A stretch of 64,000 bases of DNA. It comes from a virus. Taxonomy: Duplodnaviria > Caudoviricetes. The notes beneath the pieces are model-generated. The model searched no databases, was not told the origin of the DNA, and was given only the letters and a program-made list of their open reading frames with translations. The DNA lies in IMG/VR virus record IMGVR_UViG_3300014204_000165, positions 12,606 through 76,605 of that record; one strand, given 5' to 3'. A program made the position numbers and the translations under genes. Positions 9,594 to 18,831 of this stretch are shown piece after piece (the first letter of the stretch is position 1; the number at the start of each line of letters is the position of its first letter).

Positions 9594-9742
9594 CGTCTTA
9601 ACATTATTCTAAATCCGAACCTACATTTGTGTAGGGCTACGGGCATTTTCTTACCAACTAAAGGCTGTCCACATTTTGTACAATTTTGGGGAGGTCCTTG
9701 TCCCAATTCAGTATATCTTCGGCCACACGAGCAAATTATCAT
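9590..9742 (-). CDS. Small zinc-ribbon protein (not in ORF track)
   Basis: 50 aa MIICSCGRRY...NCTKCGQPL; SD GAGGTGA. Confidence 0.6.
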   Translation of the reverse strand: MIICSCGRRYTELGQGPPQNCTKCGQPLVGKKMPVALHKCRFGFRIMLRR

Positions 9743-9746
9743 TAAG

Positions 9747-10010
9747 TCACCTCATAATTTGTAATACGAAATACGGATAATAAAAATAATCCTTGATTAC
9801 GGGTACTTCTACTTTTATACCGCCTGTTTTACTCGATCCTAAAATAATTCCTGTATGACCAACTGTTCTTGTTATTGTTCCTGTCCATATGTTTTGCCAG
9901 CCTGCTTCACCATCATGTGCTTCACATAATATTTTGACATGGTCTCCCAATTCTGCTTTGAATTTTTCTTGAAATCGGATATATCGCTCTTGCTCGGTTT
10001 CTTCTGGCAT
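9747..10010 (-). CDS. Paralog family C member (KOW/SH3-like)
   Basis: FKAELGDHVKILC...GHTGII...YYPYFV. Confidence 0.7.
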   Translation of the reverse strand: MPEETEQERYIRFQEKFKAELGDHVKILCEAHDGEAGWQNIWTGTITRTVGHTGIILGSSKTGGIKVEVPVIKDYFYYPYFVLQIMR

Positions 10011-10265
10011 TTATCTCACCAAGGACAAACAACTATACGGATATCGATACCATCCTCTTGGATGTCTGCAAGGAACACCTGGTACTTGAACAGCAATTCC
10101 TTGTGTCTTGCTGATATTAACTATCACACCAGTATGGCCAATAAATCTGTCCATGCCTTCAGTCCATTCGTTGCACCATGGATCGTTATCACTTGCCTTA
10201 CATAGGATTTTAACCCAGTCACCGATTTTGGCTTGGAACTTTTCTTGATCTTCTGAGTAGGACAT
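10011..10265 (-). CDS. Paralog family C member (KOW/SH3-like)
   Basis: FQAKIGDWVKILC...GHTGVI...RYPY. Confidence 0.7.
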   Translation of the reverse strand: MSYSEDQEKFQAKIGDWVKILCKASDNDPWCNEWTEGMDRFIGHTGVIVNISKTQGIAVQVPGVPCRHPRGWYRYPYSCLSLVR

Positions 10266-10294
10266 TCTTTCACCTCGTTCTAACTTAGCACTTG

Positions 10295-10313
10295 GTATAT
10301 AAAAAGGTTTTGG
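10295..10313 (-). promoter_or_regulatory. BRE-TATA promoter
   Basis: CCAAAACCTTTTTATATAC. Confidence 0.65.
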
Positions 10314-10324
10314 ACAAAGAAGAG

Positions 10325-12205
10325 TTAAGAAAATACTCTCCTTGGGAATTCATATTCGCGACGGGTTTTACTCCAAGAGTCCGTGGGTACAAAATAGCCG
10401 ACTATACGTGTGACATGTGTTAGTATTTTCTTTCCGCAAAGCGGACAGGTTTCTGAGGTACCACACACGGTAACGTGACCATCTTCGCATTGCCCAAAAG
10501 AATAGTTGATGCTAAGGTGGCTAATTTTCTTTTCCACTGAATATTTTATAAGATGTTTCATAATATTAGAATCTGTTATTTTATCCTTTAGATTAAGATG
10601 TAGAATACCTCCACCGCTTATTAGATCTTGAAATTGCCCTGTTAATTCTATTCTTTCTGGCAGAGATGCATCTAAAATCAAAGGAATGTATTGATTGGAG
10701 TATAGTTCAAAGGGTATTTTATCATTACCATAAAGCACTTTATCTTTTTGAACAAACTTGGATGCTACACTTTCTCCCGGAATTTCTTCCGTATTCATTG
10801 GATAACCTAACTGCCTACTCGTTTCTTTTGCAAAGTTTTCAATAAACATTAACATTTCTTTTGTAAAAGTGATACCTTCTACAGATTTAATATCCAAGTT
10901 CATAAATATATTTGTTTCAAATACACCAATGATACCAAATGTACTAAAGTATCGTTTAATGTTAAGCCAATTAAGTGGAGAAAAGAACTTCAGGAATCCT
11001 GCATTTATTCTTTTCTGAATTATATCCTCGCGGTGTACTTGCAACAAATCACGAGCATTTTCTAATTGTCTTTGAAGTTCTATAAAGAATTTTTCTTTAT
11101 TTCCATTCGATTTTAGTGCAATTCTCGGTAAATTTAGTGTAACGACGCGAACACTACCAATTGATCCAATTGATCCATTTCCAAATGAATCAATACGTGG
11201 CATATCATCTAAATTATTTAATAATCGACAACAACTACTAATTTTATTACCACTATTTATATATAAATTGAAACATCCTGAATTGCAATTAACGTTTGAT
11301 ACAAAATTAAGAAAATCATCATCTATTATTTTTCTATCTTTGTCAATACACAAATTAAGCGTCGCAACTGGAAAGCGATAAGGTAGACCACTTTCGGGGT
11401 CTCCTCGCGAAAACCAAGTACAGAAGACCTTCTGGAGATACATTATGTATTCAAAGTCTGGTTTTGATCCATCTGGAAATATATAAGATGAAAACAATTT
11501 CTCTAAATTTGGTCTATCAAATATTGATATGTTAGAAAAGGGTGATTGTGATGCGATGCGGAATTTATTATTCACAATATGGACAAGTCGCTGATAGTCG
11601 TCGCGAATATCATTTTCACTTCGATTCTCTTTCTTGGCATAATACGAATAATTTACGAAAAGATCACCAATTGCTACCGCACCCGAAAATTCTTGGCTTG
11701 CATCCATAATTAGTTCCGTTACCATCCCGATGAAAGAAGCCGCTCGCTTTGGAGGTAGACTTTTTAACTGTCCATACGGTCGTCCACTATTCATCAATTC
11801 TGTTGTGCTCATGCTAGTACAATATGGAACTTGAATACCAAATGAGGAACTATCATGAAAATAAATATTGCCTTTTATAATTGCTGATAATAGTGTATTT
11901 GCGTGTTCCAATCCAAATCTACGTTCTGCATACCGATGAAGTAGATACATGCCCTCTAATTTTTGTACCCCTTTAACAATTTCTGCCCCGTACGCATTCG
12001 GATTTTTACTCTCACCAGAGTTTGCATTTGCATCTATTGTTACATCTACAAAGTTTTCTGTAAAGTATGAATGCGACATTTGCCCCACATCCAAACATCG
12101 ACGCGATATTCCCTCCAAATCGAGCAATCTTCTCCCATTTTCTGTTTGATTAAAAGAATTGTACCAATTGTCAAAATTTTCACTGAATGTTGTCTCTAGT
12201 CTCAT
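10325..12205 (-). CDS. nrdD: Class III anaerobic ribonucleoside-triphosphate reductase (no ATP cone)
   Basis: FHD, QSPFSN, SCCRL, IGSVRVVTLNLPR, GGGILH, C-terminal Zn site and glycyl-radical RIVGY; start moved to SD-led ATG 12205. Confidence 0.96.
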   Translation of the reverse strand: MRLETTFSENFDNWYNSFNQTENGRRLLDLEGISRRCLDVGQMSHSYFTENFVDVTIDANANSGESKNPNAYGAEIVKGVQKLEGMYLLHRYAERRFGLEHANTLLSAIIKGNIYFHDSSSFGIQVPYCTSMSTTELMNSGRPYGQLKSLPPKRAASFIGMVTELIMDASQEFSGAVAIGDLFVNYSYYAKKENRSENDIRDDYQRLVHIVNNKFRIASQSPFSNISIFDRPNLEKLFSSYIFPDGSKPDFEYIMYLQKVFCTWFSRGDPESGLPYRFPVATLNLCIDKDRKIIDDDFLNFVSNVNCNSGCFNLYINSGNKISSCCRLLNNLDDMPRIDSFGNGSIGSIGSVRVVTLNLPRIALKSNGNKEKFFIELQRQLENARDLLQVHREDIIQKRINAGFLKFFSPLNWLNIKRYFSTFGIIGVFETNIFMNLDIKSVEGITFTKEMLMFIENFAKETSRQLGYPMNTEEIPGESVASKFVQKDKVLYGNDKIPFELYSNQYIPLILDASLPERIELTGQFQDLISGGGILHLNLKDKITDSNIMKHLIKYSVEKKISHLSINYSFGQCEDGHVTVCGTSETCPLCGKKILTHVTRIVGYFVPTDSWSKTRREYEFPRRVFS

Positions 12206-13193
12206 GTTTATTCCTCTGTTTAAGTATATTATATTCTTCCTTTGTAAAATAAGATCGACCATTATATATCTCATCAATTATCCTATGGATAATAGTTTCC
12301 CACTCTTCTCGATTATAATTAGTTTTATTATGACAGGTCATACATAACGCCGCAAAATAGACTGGTAATCCATCGCAACAAGCGGATTTATTATAGTGAA
12401 CATGATGACATGATAATTGTCTACCATTTTCTTCAGTTGTTTTATTACAAATAAGACATTCATAATTGAAGAAAGCTCTTATTCTCCGTCTCAAATCTGG
12501 ATTCCATTTTGGACAATACGGTTCAAAAGAAATACCACCTTTCCAAGCAGGAGATTTGTCTCCAAAATTTTTTGATGCCATTTCAGACATCATATCTCGT
12601 TTTAGACAACCACAACTCCTAGTCGAACCGTCTATAAGAGCAGATCCAATTACACTTGTTTCTTGACCACACTCACAAATACATTTCCATTTGACATTAC
12701 CACTTTTAGCAGTATTTTCATCTTTTTCCAAAACAAGTAATCTTGAGAATTTTATACCAATTAAATTTTTGGTATTACATTCTCTTGCTCTTTCCGTAGC
12801 ATAACATCCACAACTTTTGGTTGATCCGCGTATTAACGAACTTCCAGTGACATTAACTATATTACCACAAGAACATTTACATTTCCAAAGAATACTTCCC
12901 CATTTATTTATTCCGTATCTTTCTAATACTGTAAGTCGTCCGAACGTATTACCTAATAAATTTTTACTAGTAGCCTTGCTAGTCATTTCTTTTTGTAGAC
13001 ATCCACAACTTTGTTTATGACCACTAGTTAAGTACCATCCAACTGTAACTATTTCTTTACCGCAGTCGCATAAACATACCCAAGAAGATTGTTCATTATT
13101 GTTTTCTGAATCACGAATTGCTGTTAGTCTACCAAATTTCTTTCCGACTAGATTTAATCTATTATGAGCAATATTTCCTTTCTTAAAAACCAT
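12180..13193 (-). CDS. Free-standing HNH homing endonuclease with repeated DNA-binding modules
   Basis: Three L.G..F.RL..+..W.C.C.CG..GS...SCGC repeats; C-terminal CxxC..HHVHYN..LCxxCH. Confidence 0.85.
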   Translation of the reverse strand: MVFKKGNIAHNRLNLVGKKFGRLTAIRDSENNNEQSSWVCLCDCGKEIVTVGWYLTSGHKQSCGCLQKEMTSKATSKNLLGNTFGRLTVLERYGINKWGSILWKCKCSCGNIVNVTGSSLIRGSTKSCGCYATERARECNTKNLIGIKFSRLLVLEKDENTAKSGNVKWKCICECGQETSVIGSALIDGSTRSCGCLKRDMMSEMASKNFGDKSPAWKGGISFEPYCPKWNPDLRRRIRAFFNYECLICNKTTEENGRQLSCHHVHYNKSACCDGLPVYFAALCMTCHNKTNYNREEWETIIHRIIDEIYNGRSYFTKEEYNILKQRNKHETRDNIQ

Positions 13194-13197
13194 TACA

Positions 13198-13677
13198 CTA
13201 CTTCCTAAAATCCCTATTAGTTAAAATACATTTCTCAAAGATTCTCTGGTTCGCTGAAGCAGGGAATGACCCAGTAGCTTGCTCCTCGATATAAGGACCG
13301 TCCACCACAATATCAACATTGCTTTTAATACCTTCAGGAAGGTCTTCAAATAGAAGTCCTGTATAGAGAATCTTAGGTAAAGTAATGTTAGTAAGTAAGG
13401 TATATAAAGGTTTTGGCTGGAGAGTGGGTTCTCCTCCCAAAAAGCAGATGGAATTATAAAAATTGTTGAATTTATTTAAGTGATCTAAAACAAGGTCAGT
13501 TTCATAATCGAAGCCTCCGTCTAATGGCTGAAGATTCGGATTTTGGCAATGAGCACAATTTATTTGGCATCCTTGAAACCAGATTTCCAGTGACATTCCT
13601 TGTCCATTTAGGGTTCCAGAAGAAATACCAGCACATCGAAATAAAATAATGATCACCTTATAAAAATATTTGAACAA
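13198..13677 (-). CDS. nrdG: Class III RNR activating radical-SAM enzyme (start uncertain)
   Basis: GCxxxCxxCQN, FLGGEP, LYTG, VDGPY. Confidence 0.93.
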   Translation of the reverse strand: MFKYFYKVIIILFRCAGISSGTLNGQGMSLEIWFQGCQINCAHCQNPNLQPLDGGFDYETDLVLDHLNKFNNFYNSICFLGGEPTLQPKPLYTLLTNITLPKILYTGLLFEDLPEGIKSNVDIVVDGPYIEEQATGSFPASANQRIFEKCILTNRDFRK

Positions 13678-13685
13678 AAAATTCT

Positions 13686-14177
13686 TTAGATTCCTTCATT
13701 CATATATTGTCCACTATATCCTTTTTCTACTTCACCGTCCAAAGGCATAAAGACAATTTGAGCAAGTCGGGCATTTGGATGTATAGTTGCACCGTTTTTA
13801 TTATAAATAATCAGCACGCATTTTGGCTTTCCTGAGTAACCTGCGTCAAATACGGCGGTTTGCATAGAGGCGCCTATCCGGAGCAAGGTTGATCTTGGCC
13901 AAGCAAAACCTACCAAGTCCTTCGGGATGGTTAAAGTCTCGTTAAATGAGACTAGGTAAGCCCCAGCGGGTAGTTTCCAAACATCTCCTAATTTACCAGC
14001 ATCTTGCATACGGGGAAGTACTCTCTTAGAATTATCAAAATCTACAGAACCTTCTCCGGAATAGGTTTCTATTTTTGAAACGGTTAAGTCTACTCCACAA
14101 GGTTGGACTTGTTTTTCTGCGTTTATCATATCTGAAATGATATGACGATCTTGAATTTGTTTACCGATAAGTGTCAT
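13686..14177 (-). CDS. dut: Archaeal-type trimeric dUTPase / dCTP deaminase family
   Basis: QPCGVDL, PRSTLLRIG, DAGYSG, ARLAQIVF, GYSGQY. Confidence 0.88.
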   Translation of the reverse strand: MTLIGKQIQDRHIISDMINAEKQVQPCGVDLTVSKIETYSGEGSVDFDNSKRVLPRMQDAGKLGDVWKLPAGAYLVSFNETLTIPKDLVGFAWPRSTLLRIGASMQTAVFDAGYSGKPKCVLIIYNKNGATIHPNARLAQIVFMPLDGEVEKGYSGQYMNEGI

Positions 14178-14444
14178 TTATTTTCTTCCTATAAATCTAT
14201 CGCAAGTATGTTTCATTCCATCTATATAATCCTGATTTTCGTGATCAATAAATCTTTGCTTCATATCTTCATGTTGGTCTTTACTAGTGAAGATTTCATT
14301 AGGTGATATATTTATATCTCGAATAATATTTAGTAAATCCTTAGTGGTGCTTGCGACATACTTTTTGCTCACATAAGTTCTGATAGTAATTCCTGGACGA
14401 AGAAGAGGAGAACCAACCTCAATTTCATATGTTTCATTTGGCAA
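14178..14444 (-). CDS. Hypothetical protein
   Basis: 88 aa, TTG start, abuts dut. Confidence 0.55.
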   Translation of the reverse strand: MPNETYEIEVGSPLLRPGITIRTYVSKKYVASTTKDLLNIIRDINISPNEIFTSKDQHEDMKQRFIDHENQDYIDGMKHTCDRFIGRK

Positions 14445-14762
14445 CTAAACCATCACCCTGAGATCTATCAAAAATGCTAAACCTGTCAAGAAAAGGATAT
14501 TCATAAAACCACTTTCCCAAAAATTTCCATTAGGTTTGTAGTTTCTTAGTCCGACTAATATACCTATCATACATAATATATTTAATATATAATATATACA
14601 CCATTCCATTTAAATCGTCTCCCAAAGATTATCGTTGAGTGAATGCACAATACCTATCAATTCTTGCGCAGAATATTTATCAATAATTGCTTTGATTACG
14701 ATACCGTCTCTTATTACAGGATGCCTTATTTCTATTTCGTATATATTTTGTTCAGTATTCAT

Positions 14763-15179
14763 TTAAATCATCAACTTGTGTATTTTATCATGTAGTTTCT
14801 TTGCTTTGTCATTCACCGCATCTATTAGGCTGATTGGTAGTGCACCAAATATTTTATCAAGGACGTCATCACGCTGACCTTGCCAATCTTTTGGATCTGT
14901 AAGGGACGGCCAGCCAAAGACAGACCATGTTGCTCGATATTCAACCTTTCTGAAGCCGTGTTCCGAGAGGAGTTTTTCAATAACTTGATCATGAATGTGT
15001 TGATAAGACGGACCACTTTCTACAAAATATTCATCTGTTTGGATTACGTCGGCCAGAACTGCTTTAATTGCCTGCACCACGATTTCATGGAGTTGATCGT
15101 TGCTGTATTCATTTTCGTGCTGGAGTTCTACGAATTCGCTTTCCTCATAGGACCCATAACCAATTTTGTAAGTAAACAT
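14763..15179 (-). CDS. Hypothetical protein
   Basis: 138 aa, packed in operon. Confidence 0.65.
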   Translation of the reverse strand: MFTYKIGYGSYEESEFVELQHENEYSNDQLHEIVVQAIKAVLADVIQTDEYFVESGPSYQHIHDQVIEKLLSEHGFRKVEYRATWSVFGWPSLTDPKDWQGQRDDVLDKIFGALPISLIDAVNDKAKKLHDKIHKLMI

Positions 15180-15365
15180 TTAATAAGCCTCGCCGTGTAG
15201 TATAACGGTTCTGATAATTACATCTAATAATGCTCCTATAAGTGTTACTCCGCCTGCCAATGCTAACAATGCAAATGGCGGATATATCCCGGAATTATGT
15301 ATACTAGGAACTAAATAAAATCCAGCAATAAAAAGAATACCATAACATAATAATCGTATAATCAT
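15180..15365 (-). CDS. Small two-TM membrane protein
   Basis: Hydrophobic 61 aa. Confidence 0.55.
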   Translation of the reverse strand: MIIRLLCYGILFIAGFYLVPSIHNSGIYPPFALLALAGGVTLIGALLDVIIRTVILHGEAY

Positions 15366-15366
15366 T

Positions 15367-15981
15367 TTACCACTTCTCCAAGATTTGTTTTGCTTTTTTT
15401 GGTAAATTTATAATGGCTTCCAATGGCGAAGCATATTGTTCTTGTAACTTTTTGACACCACTTGCACCTAAATAGGGTAGTTCTACAAGCCATTCTGCTG
15501 GTGAGCCTGCCTTGATGCTGGGTGTAGGTTCATCCAGCCTTGGTAAATAATTGTGAATGTGTACCAATCGCCAAATTGTCTCTTCTAAACACATGGTAAA
15601 GTAAAATTTTGTACCTAATTCTTGCTGATGGGTGAGAAAATTTGACATTGTCTTATAGTTCATGCGAGGTGTTAGTTTATCGCCAGAGTAAATCCAAACA
15701 GAACCTTGACTCACTTGATAAGGACCTTCTATAAGGAGGGCTGTCTTTTCACAAACCTTGCGCATTTTTGCTAAACGTGGCTTAAGTTCACGATAGGATC
15801 CACAAAAATCTCCTATGGCCTTGCGCTCTATTAAAATATTATTAATATTATTTAATTTATAATCTCCCAACGGGAGACAACGGAACTCCCACTGGGGAAT
15901 ATCTGGGCCGACTATAGATGTTGCCAGAAGATCCTTAATGGCATCAATATGTTTTTCTCTGCTATCACAAATAATAGACAA
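15367..15981 (-). CDS. ERCC4 (XPF/Mus81-like) structure-specific nuclease
   Basis: DSRE, LPLGDY, IERKAIGDF (ERKxxxD), C-terminal HhH LPYLG. Confidence 0.9.
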   Translation of the reverse strand: MSIICDSREKHIDAIKDLLATSIVGPDIPQWEFRCLPLGDYKLNNINNILIERKAIGDFCGSYRELKPRLAKMRKVCEKTALLIEGPYQVSQGSVWIYSGDKLTPRMNYKTMSNFLTHQQELGTKFYFTMCLEETIWRLVHIHNYLPRLDEPTPSIKAGSPAEWLVELPYLGASGVKKLQEQYASPLEAIINLPKKAKQILEKW

Positions 15982-16006
15982 ATTTTCCTCACCTCAAAAA
16001 AGTTAG

Positions 16007-16813
16007 TTACCAAAGTGGTCTTGGTACCTTAGCAGCAGCCAACACACTAATCGGATCAGGATCCACGACCTCGGTTTGATAATCAGGATTCATTGGAGCA
16101 AAGTCATGGCCGGTTGAGTGTATCCTGGCAACCTGGTGTAGTTTACCGTCGCGAACTTCATGAATGAGTTCTACCGAAATGTCGCTATTGAAATCAGCCG
16201 AGGTTGGGTAAACTAAAGGAACTTTCAAATTAGTATCAAAATCTTTGGCAGTCCTATGAATCAAGAGGACGTTAGCAAAGTTTTGAATAGCAGTAATCTG
16301 GCTAGACATTGCTTGTGTTATGAGTCCGAATTCTTGTTGAGATGGCCACTTCCTTTTATTTTTTGTAATGTAATTCAGGATTTCCATGGCGCGCCATCTA
16401 TAGGTATCGTCCAAGACGACCCAAACTTTACCAGCATTTGGAATAAGGGCAACATCCTCGGCGTAGTACTTAGCCTTTTCTAGAGCAACCTGAAACTCTT
16501 CCCAAGATTTTGGGAAATGATATTGGTTCTTATAATCAAAGTTGTCTATTTTTGGCTTCCAGGCAAGAACACCGTCTGGTTTTTTGAAGGGTGCAAATAT
16601 ACTTCGGAAACCTTCTCCCACTGTTCTTTTTAAAGCCAACTGATCAATCTCAACTTTACCAAAGGATAGTTTAGCAGGTGGGAAGTCAATAATGACGGCG
16701 TTTGGCATGTTTGCCCCGAACCAAGTTTTACCAATCTTAGTGTCAGCATAAAGACTAACCAAAAGAGGATAAATGACCTCCCCTTCTGGTATTTCGACTA
16801 GTTCACTGGTCAT
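16007..16813 (-). CDS. P-loop ATPase, AAA_24/Sak4-like annealase candidate
   Basis: Walker A variant ADTKIGKT, Walker B WVVLDD; next to nuclease and SSB-like gene. Confidence 0.65.
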   Translation of the reverse strand: MTSELVEIPEGEVIYPLLVSLYADTKIGKTWFGANMPNAVIIDFPPAKLSFGKVEIDQLALKRTVGEGFRSIFAPFKKPDGVLAWKPKIDNFDYKNQYHFPKSWEEFQVALEKAKYYAEDVALIPNAGKVWVVLDDTYRWRAMEILNYITKNKRKWPSQQEFGLITQAMSSQITAIQNFANVLLIHRTAKDFDTNLKVPLVYPTSADFNSDISVELIHEVRDGKLHQVARIHSTGHDFAPMNPDYQTEVVDPDPISVLAAAKVPRPLW

Positions 16814-16993
16814 GCTTTACCCTCAGGTCATTGTCAAGTTTCTTTGCTTTAACTTCACACTGGATTACTCTATTTATTGCATCGTGTATTGATTCTCCCT
16901 CTCTACAAATAAATGTCCGGATATCACTATCTTGCGCTTCATTGAACTCTAGAACAACTCTGGACAGAAGTAACCCTCCTAAAAGTGAAGCTG
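16803..16993 (-). CDS. Hypothetical protein (probable GTG start near 16993)
   Basis: Fills the gap between neighbouring genes. Confidence 0.4.
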
Positions 16994-16995
16994 TT

Positions 16996-17733
16996 CTAAG
17001 CCTCACTAAAGTCGAGTGTCTTTCCATCTGAGGTATACTTGACATTCCTCATGATTTCTTGCCACGCGCTAGTGGTCTCTTGGTACGACCCGAACTGACC
17101 AGTACCATACAGATCCACGATGTCACGCTTGGGCTTACCCTGATAATTTGCCTTGAGGTAGTCTAGCAAAGCAATGGCCTTTTCGCTTAGGGCAGCCGTT
17201 CCCTTCACTGTTGGTGTTGCAAGTTCCTTTTTCATGACAGATGCTACGTCAAGGTCCATGTAACCAGTTTTCTCGTTCCTCCTGACGTAGCCCACGAACT
17301 TGTCAGCTGGCTTGAACAATTTGTTGAATTTGATGTCCTCGCCGGGCGTGATCGTGGCTGCTGTTGCCCGTGTGATAAATTCAGACAGGTTCTTGCTGGG
17401 CATATCAAACTGGGCGGCGTACTTAAACTCATACCCAGTATTGGGCTCCTTGAAAACGAACCTAATCCTGTCCACAAACGCTTTCTTTTCCTGAGGCGGT
17501 TTGCCATCGCGAGCCGGCCAAAATTCCACTGGAGTTGAGTCAACCAAGGCCTTTTGTTCGGCTGTCAGACTGTCATATTCCTTGCCCGTGATACCCTTGA
17601 CTCCTCTGAATGCCTCTCGGAATGTTACGACTTTATTTTCCTTTACAATATCGGTTAGTTCCAATTCGTACTGACCCTCTGCTAGTCCAGCACCCTGGAC
17701 TACAATGGGCTCATCCCATGCGCTATTGCTCAT
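16996..17733 (-). CDS. Putative single-stranded DNA-binding protein
   Basis: G.Y.+.+..+ OB-like start; three tandem promoters upstream; position in recombination module. Confidence 0.55.
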   Translation of the reverse strand: MSNSAWDEPIVVQGAGLAEGQYELELTDIVKENKVVTFREAFRGVKGITGKEYDSLTAEQKALVDSTPVEFWPARDGKPPQEKKAFVDRIRFVFKEPNTGYEFKYAAQFDMPSKNLSEFITRATAATITPGEDIKFNKLFKPADKFVGYVRRNEKTGYMDLDVASVMKKELATPTVKGTAALSEKAIALLDYLKANYQGKPKRDIVDLYGTGQFGSYQETTSAWQEIMRNVKYTSDGKTLDFSEA

Positions 17734-17871
17734 ATTATTTCCTTCTCCAAATTTTTCTTTTCGGTATAATGAACGGCTCTACTTTTAGGGAATTACACCC
17801 AAGGATCGCCGACAAATCCAGTTAATGCGGTTGATTTTAGTACACGCACATTACTAACAGTTAATTTTCTA

Positions 17872-18011
17872 GTATTTAAGTGTTTTGGTTTGCTCTATTT
17901 TAAACTTTTTGGTGATAGGATCCGTGAATGTTCTGGAAACCAGTTACAGTTAATTGGTTTTCGTAACAAACACAAAATAAACTAAGTTTTAGTTATATAT
18001 AAAGGTTTTGG
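17872..18011 (-). promoter_or_regulatory. Three tandem BRE-TATA promoters
   Basis: Matches at 17872-17888, 17896-17912 and 17994-18011. Confidence 0.6.
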
Positions 18012-18034
18012 TATAGGTTATTTTATTGCTTTCA

Positions 18035-18358
18035 TTATTCTTCGATATCTTCTAGTCCAGAACAATTTGGTAATCCTTTCTCGTATGTTATTTTAATCAA
18101 CCTATATCCTTGTTCTTTTAGAAGTTTATATAAAGACCACTTACTTTCATAACTAATGCTAAATATATATTGATCATTATTAAATTCTTTTATAATCACG
18201 CCTAAATCCAGGTTCTTATTCAGACCATCTCGAATTTCCTTATGACTATAATCGGGAAGTGCTTCTTGGATCTCTTTTAGTGTCGGTTTATGACCAATAA
18301 CTTCCTCAAATTTAAAGACACATAGGGCAACATCAAGTAAAATGTATATGGTTATCAC
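18035..18358 (-). CDS. Putative winged-helix transcription regulator
   Basis: PTLKEI...YSHKEIRDGL...LGVI wHTH pattern. Confidence 0.55.
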   Translation of the reverse strand: MITIYILLDVALCVFKFEEVIGHKPTLKEIQEALPDYSHKEIRDGLNKNLDLGVIIKEFNNDQYIFSISYESKWSLYKLLKEQGYRLIKITYEKGLPNCSGLEDIEE

Positions 18359-18425
18359 TCCTCTTGGGTATCAAGTGGTTCATATAATCAGCCTCTATCT
18401 ACTCCATTCTTGTTCTACCAACCAA

Positions 18426-18695
18426 TCATGAATTATTTCGAATATGCGGATTGAAGCATATCCTGCCAGCATGAATCCTAATGCGATTCCTATAATAATC
18501 AGGATAACTGAGATCATTCTTTACCTTTTTTATTAAGTATTCTGTTCTCTGTCTATTCACAAAATCAACTGTGAAATTTCCACTGACTGAGTTATGACAA
18601 TTTGGACAACCTTCCTTGAAGGCGATCCTTGCTTCAGAATATGTCCAAAGTTTTCGATTGCAATGTGGACAAATAGCGTAATGAATGTCGGTCAT
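18426..18695 (-). CDS. Zinc-ribbon protein
   Basis: CPHC...CPNC; promoter at 18717-18733. Confidence 0.6.
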   Translation of the reverse strand: MTDIHYAICPHCNRKLWTYSEARIAFKEGCPNCHNSVSGNFTVDFVNRQRTEYLIKKVKNDLSYPDYYRNRIRIHAGRICFNPHIRNNS

Positions 18696-18747
18696 GTTAA
18701 TAAAAGAGAGTTTGAAGTATATAAAGGTTTTGGTATAAAATAGATCT

Positions 18748-18804
18748 GGCTAGAGTCTGTCCTACGTCTCCTAAATGGATCGGGCCGTCCTCTTGACTCT
18801 AGCC
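18748..18804. other. GC-rich stem-loop just 3' of aRF1
   Basis: GGCTAGAGTC (18748-57) and GACTCTAGCC (18795-804) form a perfect 10-bp inverted repeat. Confidence 0.6.
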
Positions 18805-18831
18805 GACTGGTTGATAAAGCTATACAAAATC

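Noticed and set aside
10325-12205. Intein or intron in nrdD (also checked the helicase)
   Set aside because: Lengths fit compact enzymes; no C/S...HN splice motifs or frame breaks noticed.
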